A stretch of DNA of 64,000 nucleotides, taken from contig NW_027362769.1 in the NCBI RefSeq assembly GCF_046119375.1, forward strand, positions 374,790,001-374,854,000, given 5' to 3'. Source of the stretch: Phyllobates terribilis (Eukaryota). A model generated the notes under the pieces. It was not told where the DNA came from and searched no databases. It saw only the letters and a list, made by a program, of their open reading frames with translations. How positions within the stretch are numbered: the first letter of the stretch is position 1; each line of letters begins with the position of its first letter. The translations under genes and the position numbers were made by a program. Shown here one piece after another: positions 12,201 through 21,674 of the stretch.

Positions 12201-15200
12201 ATCCAATCTGCTGATAAAATCTTTGAACCAGACCTTACGATGCGGTTTATTGCTCACATTAGGAATATATAAACAGGGTCTGTCTGTTCATTCCGCAACT
12301 GATAAGCTAAAGTTGTGACATTTTATTGGAAGTGCTTTTATATAGAGTCACACCCTTCTATAGAAAAAAAAATAAGTTCTAGAACTTTTTAGAACAATCA
12401 AAACTAAAGCACTAAGTAAGTCATTACAGTAGAGGTTCCAAAATATTGGCCGGCTAGCACTTCGAGAACTGGCATAATAGCAGAACGTCGTAATATGGGA
12501 TCTAGAATCAACCAGGTTATGAAAATATTCTGTGTACTGTAATATTTGGTGGATCAGGGCGACACTACACTCTATAACTTAGAGTTACATAGTTACATAG
12601 TTACATAGTTTATAAGGCCGAAAAAAGACAAGCGTCCATCCAGTTCAGCCTATTTCTTGTGCACTGCTGCTATTCCGCAGCGTTGATCCAGGTTAAGGCA
12701 AAAAAAAACCATGCGGTATAGGCCAATTTACATCATTGAGGAAAAATTCATTTCCCGACACCAATCTGGCAGTCAGATTAAATCCCTGGATTAATTAACT
12801 AAGCATAAGATGTAATTTTATTGTTCTCAAGAAAGGCGTCCAGGCCTCTCTTGAACTCATTAAGTGAGTTGGACATCACCACTTCCTCTCCCAGAGAGTT
12901 TCAGAGTCTCACGGCTCTGACCGTAAAGAATCCCCTTCTATGCTGGTGCAGGAACCTCCTTTCCTCCAGACGCATAGTGTGCCCCCTCATCTTTGTCACC
13001 ATCCTTGGTATAAATAGGTCATGGGAGAGATCTCTGTACTGCCCCCTGATGTATTTATACATGTTTATGAGGTCTCCCCTAAGCCTTCTCTTTTCCAACG
13101 TAAATAGGCCTAATTTTGACAACCTCTCTGGGTATTCTAGTCCCTCCATTCCCTTTATTACCTTAGTCGCCCTCCTTTGTACCCTCTCTAGCTCCAATAT
13201 GTCTTTCCTGAGCACAGGAGCCCAGAACTGTGCACAATATTCTAAGTGCGGCCTTACCAGCGCTTTATACAGAGGAAGAACAATGTTCTCATCATATGCC
13301 CCTATTCCTCTTCTGATGCATGCCATGACTCTATTTGCCTTCGCAGCTGCTGCCTGACACTGGGCACTCCAATTTAATTTGCTATTAACCAAGACGCCCA
13401 GGTCCTTCTCCATGTCAGATTTCCCCAACGGTTTCCCATTTAATATGTATGGGTGACTGCTGTTTTTCTTTCCCATGTGCATGACCTTACATTTATCGGC
13501 ATTGAACCCCATTTGCCACTTTTTGGCCCAACTCCCCAATTTATCTAAATCCTCCTGTAGCTGTGACCTATCCACATCTGTATTAACTACTTTACAAAGT
13601 TTAGTATCATCTGCAAATATTGCTATTTTACTATGCAACCCTTCCACTAGATCATTAATAAATATATTAAATAATATAGGGCCCAAGACAGACCCTTGAG
13701 GCACCCCGCTAGTAACCCTGACACACCCTGAGCTTACTCCATTGATAACCACCCTCTGCTTTCTATCACTCAGCCAGCTATTTACCCACTTGCACACATT
13801 ATCCCCCAGACCAAGCATTCTCATTTTATATACCAACCTTTTGTGTGGCACGGTATCAAACGCTTTGGAGAAGTCAAGGTATACACCATCCACTGACTCT
13901 CCCCGGTCCAGCTGTGAGCTCACCTCCTCGTAGAAGGCCATCAGGTTTGTTTGGCAGGAGCGATCCCTCATGAATCCATGTTGATATGGAGTTAGACAGT
14001 TATTATCATTAAGATATTCTACAATAGCATCTCTAAGAAATCCTTCAAACAATTTACCCACAACAGACGTTAAGCTGACTGGTCTATAGTTCCCAGGGTC
14101 ACTTTTAGACCCCTTTTTGAATATTGGTACCACATTTGCTTGGCGCCAGTCTAGTGGGACAGTCCCTGTCCATAAAGAGTGCTTGAATATAAGATACAGC
14201 GGCCTGTCTATCACATTACTTAATTCTTTTAGTACCCGGGGGTGTATGCCATCTGGGCCTGGTGACTTGTCTATTTTGATATTATTTAGGCGTTTCTGTA
14301 CTTCCTCCTGGGTTAGGTGGGTGATATTTAGCGGAGGGTTTACTTTATCACTCTGCATTTCCTCCGATAAATTGTTTTCTTTTGTGAAAACAGTGGAGAA
14401 GAAGCTATTGAGTAGGTTTGCTTTACCCTCATCGCCCTCTATGATTTTACCCAGGTTATTTTTCAATGGGCCAACTCCATCAGTTTTAATCCTTTTACTG
14501 TTTATATAGTTAAAGAACAGTTTGGGATTCGTTTTACTTTCCTTGGCAATTAGTCTCTCTGTCTCCTCTTTTGCTATTCTTATTTGTTTCTTACAGATTT
14601 TGTTTTTTTCCCTATAAGATATTAGCGCTTCCTCGCTGCCTTCTTGTTTAAGTTTACCGAAAGCCCTTTTTTTGTTTTTCATTGCCCTCTTGACTTCCTT
14701 ATTTAGCCACATTGGCTTCCTCCTATTCCTAGCCCTTTTATTCCCGTAAGGTATGTACCTTCTACAGTGACTATGTAGGACTGTTTTGAAAATTTCCCAT
14801 TTTCTATCCGTGCTCCTATTACTAAAGATACTATCCCAGTCTATAAGGTGAAGGGCATCTCTTAGCTGTTCAAACTTTGCCCTCCTGAAGTTCAGTGTTT
14901 TGTGACTCCCTTGCTGGGCACCCTACTGAAGCACATGTGGAATTGTATAATGTTGTGGTCACTATTTCCCAGATGCCCCCCGACCTGCACCTCAGTTATT
15001 CTGTCTGGCCTGTTAGTTAATATTAAATCTAAAAGGGCCGTCCCTCTAGTTGGTTCCTGCACAAGTTGTGACAAATAATTGTCTTTGATAATTGACAGAA
15101 ACCTGTTTCCTTTCTGAGATCTACAGCTTTCGGTTTCCCAGTCTATATCGGGGTAGTTGAAGTCCCCATATCGGGGTAGTTGAAGTCCCCAACAATGTGC

Positions 15201-18200
15201 AACAATGAAACACTAATACTTCGAATTGGTCAGTACTGGCATTCAAGTACATAGGGTTGGTCACAATTATAGTTGGAATCGGTCAACAATTGACCATACA
15301 ATTGGCATACTATTATATGGAACTGGTAAGCTCTGGCGTACTATATATTTGAGGCTGGTCAGAATTAGCACTATAATACTTGGGATGGTCAACATTGACA
15401 TTTTAACACTTGACATTGGTTAACATTAGCACACTAATACTTGGAATTGGTCAACATTTGCATGCTAATACTTCAGGTTGGTCAACATTGGACCAATACT
15501 TGGGGATGGTCAACAATGGCACTTCAATACTTGAGGTTGGTCAACATTGGACCAATACTTGGGGATGGTCAACAATGGCACTTCAATACTTGAGGTTGGT
15601 CAACATTGGACCAATACTTGGGGATGGTCAACATTGAAACTTCAATACTTGAGATTTATCAACATTGACAACCTAATACTTGGGATTGGTCAGCAATTGC
15701 ATGCTAATACTTGAGGTTGGTCAACATTGGAACAAAACTTGGGGATGATCAACATTGGCAATTCAGTACTTGATATTGGTCAATATTTACACACTGATAC
15801 TTGAAATTAGTTAACACTGACACCGCAACCTTTGTGATTGGTCAAGCATAACACTTCATTACTTGGGAATGGTAAACAATTGATTTCCAATACTTGAGAT
15901 TGGTCAACATTGGCACTCCAATACTTGGGGATAGCCCACATTGGTAGTCCAATAATTTAGTATGGTAAACATTGGCACACTAACACTTGAAATTAGTCAT
16001 CATTGGCTTACTAATACATGGAAATGGTCAACATTGTTACTCCAGTACATTAATACTTGAAACTGGTCAACATTTACACACTAAATCTTGGAACTGGCCA
16101 ACAATGACATTCCTATTCTTGTGTTGGTCAATATTGGAACACCAATTCTTGAGGTTGGTCAGTATCAGCACACTAATACTTGGTGTTGGTCAACACTAGC
16201 ATATTACCGTAATACTTGAAACTGGTCAACATTGGCACTGTATTACTTGAGATTGGTTGACATTAGCACACTATTACTTGAAAATAGTCAACAGTAGCAC
16301 ACTTGCTTTTAAGGCCTTAGTTAGATAATGTCTTCGGCCTCTACAAGTCCTATCTCTTTAAAAGTATTATGAAAGTATTGAGTTGTATCTATGACAGAGT
16401 GAATCATGAATTGCAACCTTGGTGTGACTTACAACTATTATGATTCAAGTTACCACCTTACTCATGCCAGTCATTGTGTTGCGTAATAATTATTTTTTTG
16501 CTTTTATAGATGCCCCATTGCTGTTCCGCAGTAAATTTTCTAATCGATACTTAGAGAGGCTCCGACTTTTAGAAATTTATTCCAAGGAACTTCTTCAAAC
16601 TGACTCCAAGATCTCTCAGTGTGAAGAGGTTATTGATTTTTTTACTCCTAAGAAGCAGGACCTCACTCCGTCCTTTCCTGAAAACAGGTTTGTATAGTAG
16701 ACGTCCTATCTAGAGATCATGAATGGACAGACGTATCACCGTCACCACGAGTCATGTTAACATCCTTGAATGTTCATCTTTGGTTTTTCTGAGCATGAAA
16801 AGTACCTAAATCGTCATTATCTCCTTATTTCAGTGTTGTAATAATGCCATCAGACAATGATCAAAAAGAGGTAACATATCCACCCAGGTCAACACAACTC
16901 ACCACCACACAGCCAATTATATCTGAATCCTACATCTGCCTTGATAACTTTGAAACCAAAGATACCAAGAACAGACCATTTAAGGTCAAGAAGAATCAAT
17001 GCATTGATGTCCTGATAAGAGATCCTTCTGGTAGGTCCTAGATTTCACATGTGACAAGAAAAGAGTCACCACCAAGTGAATCTAAAAGTTAGGCATCTAT
17101 TCCTTTCTTCTAGGCTGGTGGTTGGTGGAGAATGAAGAGAAACAAGTATCCTGGTTCCCGGCTCCTTATCTGAAAAAGTCAGAGTCTTTAGAAGATATTA
17201 ACTCAAAGAGGAAATCATTCAGGAAAGGTTGGTGAAGTGGACAACTTTCATAGCTCCAACTGAGGCAATTATTCAGAAAAATCATAGAGGCATAAGAGGA
17301 TTACACAGGTGGGGGCTTGTGACCATTGTTTCCTCTAAAGGCCTCTATAAACATTAGACTACTGTCGTCTAAACCCGTTGATATCTCATTGACAGATGAT
17401 GTAGTTGGAGAGAATGATCTGGGCTGACGGCAGCGACTCTCTCATAGATAACACAGGAGGACTCAGCCGAGCCGAACGTTTCTGTGTATGGGGGAATTGG
17501 GAGAGATAGCAGTCCGCTGAACGATTAGTCCGACATCATTTGCCCAAAAGTTATTTATTATGCATGGGGGGGTTTGTGTATTTGTGGCTTAGGTTAAGGC
17601 ACTCGGACTACCGATCACATTGTTCTTCTGGAGATAAGCTGCCGGCCCATGTGTCTGCTGGCGGCTTTCTCATAGAGGACACGGGTACGCTCAACCAAGC
17701 GCTCCTGTGTATGGGAGTGTGAACAGATATGGCTGTCAGAGGAATGATCGGCCAAAGCATCGTTCAGCCGACAGCCATCTAATGTGTATGGCTGGCCTCT
17801 GGGACAGGAGCTCTGATATCTCCAAGCCAGGTTATACAAAAATTCTAGAAATATTAGCCTAAATTGCTCTTACAATTTTTCTTACAGCAGCCAGATACTC
17901 CAGAGCATCTTGATCTAAGAGAGTGACAGTTATTGATGGCGATTCATCAAAGCTTTTTCACCAGATTTTTGGCGAAAAAAAGCTTTGAAAAGTCGCATTA
18001 TTTTGTGCAATTGCGAGTTTGCACAAAAAAAGTGATTTGGCGTGTTAAGGTCATTCATGCCGTCAAATTCATGATGAGCGGCGGTGTTTGCTAGGCCACA
18101 GATCTTACTCCAGCTACGCACCCCACCTGATTCATTAAGAGGCGTGCGCTTCTTAATGAATCAGGAGCATCTGCTCCAAAACGCCCCCTCATCAAGACCG

Positions 18201-20383
18201 ACTAGAGAATCGCTGGATTGAATGAATCGCCCCCATGGTCTATATCTCAAGTGGTTTAAATCAATAAGGGGAATTTCATCTGCATCCCTGCTGGTCTAGG
18301 GCAGTGAATATGTTAATTTCTGCATTCAATGTGATCTAAAGCGGTAAAAAGGTTATTTTCTCACTCCTGGTGGTCTAGGGTAGTAAAAAGGTTTGCCTCA
18401 GCAGTGAAGAGATTTATGTCAGCATCCCTGGTGGTCTAGGGCAGTGTACTCTTTGGGTTAGTTTCAGCATCCATGGTGGTCTAGGACAGTGTATTCTTAC
18501 GGTCAGTTTCAGCATCGCTGGTGGTCTAGGATAGTGTACTCTTAGGGTTAGTTTCAGCATCCCTGGTGGTCTAGGACAGTGTACTCTTAGGGTTAGTTTC
18601 AGCATCCCTGGTGGTCTAGGATAGTGTACTCTTTGGGTTAGATTCAGCATGCATGGTGGCCTAAGAAAGTGAATCCTGCTTTGAGCAGGGGGTTGGACCA
18701 GATGACCCAGGAGGTCCCTTCCAACTCTACCATTCTATGATTCTATGATTCTAAGAATGTGGAAGTACTAGTCTAAGTATCCCTGGTAGAATAGGTCAGT
18801 AAAGAGCTTAGTGCCTGGATCTCCTGTGGTCTAGGGCAGTATTCTGTATGAATTAAAGTCAACATCCCTGGTGGTCTAGGGCAGTTGGTCTAGGAATATG
18901 TAGAGGCTAGGGTTAGTATTCCTGGTGGTCTAGTATGCATAGGGGCCTGGTGGTCCAGGGTAGTGAAGAGGTTCATCTCAGTATCCTAGTGGGGGTTAAT
19001 GACTGTCTCTGGTCACCTAGGACAGGGAAAGGTTTGTTTTCAAGCTCTTGGGTTTCTTGAGTGAAGAAATTATTCTGTTCTATCTATATTTTTCTAACAA
19101 GTTTCATCCATCCTGCAGCCATGTTGATACATATCCTTTTTTTCAGTAATGCTGCTGATCAGATTTCATTTTTTTCAGGAACGTATTACTACGCAGAGAA
19201 GGGCTACAAAGCTCAGAAAACAGATGAAATGTCACTTACGGTTGGCGTTGTGGTAGAGGTCATTGAGAAATCTGAAATTGGATGGTGGCTTATTTGGTAA
19301 GAGGGTTATTATTTTTTCTCTTTACAGCCAATGATTATTTAAAAGGGTAGAGTATAGATGGTATTAGCCCCCCATTCAAGTAAATACCAGACACAACCTA
19401 TGGACTAGAGTGGAGAAAGTATCCATACTTTTCCAATCTCAAAACTTGGCAAACAAATAGATGCTAAAGCATTTGGCATGGGGCTAAATATGGGACTAGA
19501 ATCCAAGAAATATCCATTCTTCATCTAGAAAAATCCTCATGGTGGCATGGTAGGCATATCAAAGTTGCTGCTTCTTTAAATTTCTGTGGTTAGGGCTGGC
19601 GGAGAATCTGCAATATGGGTAGAAAAGCAGTGGTCAGGGTGGGCGGCAATCAAAAAGCATAGAAAAGAAGAAGCTATGTCGAACTAAGTAAATGGAGAAG
19701 AAGTCAGAATGTCTGGGCAGTCTGAATTTACATGATATACTGTACATTCATAATAGTTTCCTTCTTTCTTGGTTTCTTTCTCTTTTAGTTACAATGGAAG
19801 ATTTGGTTATGCCCCATCCATGTGCCTCAAGCCATATCAAAACCCGCACCAGAAACTACAAGTAAACCTACATAATAACCTATCAGGGTCTTCTCCCAAT
19901 CTCTCCAAGGTGGTGAGCAGTCTAGATACAGCCTCCAACCCACAACATAGGAATAATGAGGATGGGGGCCATAAGGGTAAACTAGAAAGGCTGCAATCAA
20001 TATCACTGAACGATCTCGAAGACTTATCAGACGCATCTGACCAGTCATTTGTCAAGTCAAGGAGAAAAAGAAATGTATATGTGGAATGGGAGGTGCAAGA
20101 CGACAAGGAAGGTGCATCTTCTTCCATGACTGAGAAGCCAAGATCCATCCAGACAGTGGTCTCCATTCATGAATGGAAGGATAATAAGGAGATGGGCGAC
20201 CATGTGGAGGAAAAACAACGAAAAGATTCAGGATTTGTGGAACATCTGTCACCAAAGACATCAATTTCTTCGGACGATGCTGACACCACAACCCCACCTG
20301 TGCCAGAAAGACCTACAATGCAGGAGATCCAGTCTAGATGTACCAACACAACCAAGAAAGCTGCTCTACAGGGGAGTGGATGA
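6250..20383 (+). CDS. NOXO1: NADPH oxidase organizer 1, tandem copy A (PX, SH3, SH3, long linker, proline-rich C-terminus), 472 aa
   Basis: Hand-built exons 6250-6309 ([20 protein letters not shown]), 7018-7098 ([20 protein letters not shown]), 10261-10336 ([17 protein letters not shown]), 16510-16687, 16834-17030 ([13 protein letters not shown]), 17114-17227 ([20 protein letters not shown]), 19179-19296, 19789-20383 ([18 protein letters not shown]). All introns GT-AG, phases compatible, total 1419 nt = 473 codons. [17 protein letters not shown] motifs and adjacency to TBL3 favour NOXO1 over NCF1. Confidence 0.92.
6604..6972. mobile_element. Degenerate Harbinger-type MITE in NOXO1-A intron 1
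   Basis: Ends GCCTCATTCAGAC ... ATCTGAATGGAGC with TAA/TTA flanks. Confidence 0.45.
7200..9720. repeat. About 2.5 kb A/C-rich minisatellite (~40-45 bp modules: ccccataataataagtacag(a/t)g / ccccataataacagccacagtg) in NOXO1-A intron 2
   Basis: Obvious tandem periodicity with degenerate edges; generates overlapping repetitive ORFs in all three minus-strand frames. Confidence 0.95.
9742..10053. mobile_element. PIF/Harbinger-type MITE
   Basis: TIRs GGGTATGTGCACA / TGTGAACATACCC; TAA target-site duplication on both sides. Confidence 0.8.
11250..11953. mobile_element. piggyBac-like non-autonomous element, partial
   Basis: Ends GAAGGGG|TTAA; shares CTGTCAATCTCTGACAG..CATTTAAC and downstream AT-rich blocks with the complete copy at 49906-51039. 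Confidence 0.65.
12585..15196 (-). mobile_element. CR1 LINE, 5'-truncated ORF2 (end of APE endonuclease plus complete RT) in NOXO1-A intron 3
   Basis: 603-aa ORF 14712-12901 with [28 protein letters not shown]; endonuclease motifs GDFNYPDI and LDLILTN..GNSDHN upstream; TGG>TGA stop near the C-terminus; (CTATGTAA)n tail at ~12585-12610. Confidence 0.95.
15200..16300. repeat. Degenerate ~28-31 bp minisatellite (ggtcaacattggcacttcaatacttgaggtt)
   Basis: Recurrent GGTCAACATT...AATACTTG units; clean 59-bp dimers at ~15480-15660. Confidence 0.85.
17936..18234. mobile_element. MITE with GGCGATTCAT termini and internal palindrome
   Basis: GGCGATTCATCAA at ~17938 versus TGAATGAATCGCC at ~18221-18233; internal hairpin TGATTCATTAAGA-GGCGTGCGCT-TCTTAATGAATCA at ~18130-18165. 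Confidence 0.55.
18285..19030. repeat. 39-bp minisatellite (catccctggtggtctagggcagtgtactcttagggttagtttcag), degenerate at the edges
   Basis: About 7 clean units at 18414-18660 and decayed units on either side. Confidence 0.85.
18671..18750 (+). mobile_element. Extremely 5'-truncated CR1 3' end
   Basis: GGGGTTGGAC..GATGACC..GAGGTCCCTTCCAAC followed by an (ATTCTATG)n tail, the classic CR1 terminus. Confidence 0.8.
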
Positions 20384-20439
20384 ACCCATGCTAAGGACTA
20401 TAAATTTAAAAAAAAATTGCAGGGAACCTCCACCATGCT

Positions 20440-21439
20440 TCAATATTGCCTGCAGACCCTCATTATTGTGCCGCTCTCCAGCCCTTCAGCGGACAAACAG
20501 TCTTCTGTTTCAGCCAAATATTTCACACTTTGACTCATCAGTCCAGGGCACCTGCTGCAGTTTTTCTGCACACCAGTTAATATGCATTTCTGCATAGTTG
20601 AGTCCCTCCATCTTGTTTCCATGTAGAAAGTTTTGGGTTTTGGCAGCATGAAGACCAGGTCTGGCGAGATTTTTCTGAAGTTCTGAGTTGATGGCACTGC
20701 TGGACATCTTCCAATTTAGAAGGGACGTAAGAATGATATGTCTGTGATCTGCTGCGCTAAGTTTCCTTGGCTGGCCTCAATTTTGCCCATTTGTTGGTGC
20801 TTTTTCAAAAGACCAGCAGCACATCTTGAAACAACAGTCTGCTTTGAAATCTTTGCCTGGGAGACACCTTGCTGATGCAGTATAACTACGTTGTGCCTTA
20901 TTGCTGTGCTCACCCTTGCCATGGTGTATGACATGTGACATGAAACTGACTTCCACAACCTCACCTTTGTAGCAGAGTTTGGCTGTTCCACACCCAGTTT
21001 TAATCCTTGCTGATGCAGTATAACTACCTTGTGTCTTGTTACTGTGCTCACTTTTGCCTTAGCAGCAGAGTTTGGCTGTTCCTCACCCAATTGTAAGCCT
21101 CCTACACAGCTGTTTCTGCTTCAGTTAATAACTGTGTTTCAACCTATATACGAAAATGATGATCATTATCACCTGTTTGTAGAATTGGTTACTCACACAC
21201 TTGACTATAATCCCACAAAATCCCTGATTGTGTGCACACGTACTTAGAAGAATGGGTGCTGTTTTGAAGACAAAGAGCGGTCACCAAATATTGATGTGAT
21301 TCACATTTCTCTTTTGTTCATTCACTTTTCATTTTGTTAATTGAAACAAAATAAACTATTAACACTTCTATTTGTGAAAGTTTCTTACTTTGCAGCATTT
21401 TTGTTTTACCTTTCTGCCTAAAATATTTGCACAGAACTG
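20440..21439 (-). mobile_element. Tc1 5' half immediately downstream of the NOXO1-A stop codon
   Basis: Minus-strand WTDESKCEIFG (first D of the DDE triad) and HNVVILHQQGVSQAKISKQ HTH; TIR reading TA|CAGTTCTGTGCAAATATTTTAGG at 21441-21418; internal local duplication at ~20860-21090. Confidence 0.8.
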
Positions 21440-21674
21440 TAAATCACAAGCAAATTATCCTCCTACCCTCACCTAAGAGATTTCTTTGACAGGAACATTT
21501 CCTAGAAACAGGTGACAATCTGGTATCTGACTCCACATCCTTCAAGGTTAGTTTCATATTCTGTAACAAGGCTGATTTCCCCGTAGAGGATTTAGGTGCA
21601 TGACGCCTGGCAGGTGTAGGGTGACCTCACCTCTGCTGCACCCCCTGCTGGTGGATTTTTCACTTGCAACTGTA

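Noticed and set aside
18510-18530. Chi-like GCTGGTGG in the 39-bp minisatellite
   Set aside because: A single variant unit; bacterial Chi has no established role here.
6250-20383. Calling copy A NCF1 (p47phox) or SH3PXD2
   Set aside because: Exon sizes and motifs match copy B and NOXO1; it has only two SH3 domains and lacks the p47phox GAPPRRSS motif.
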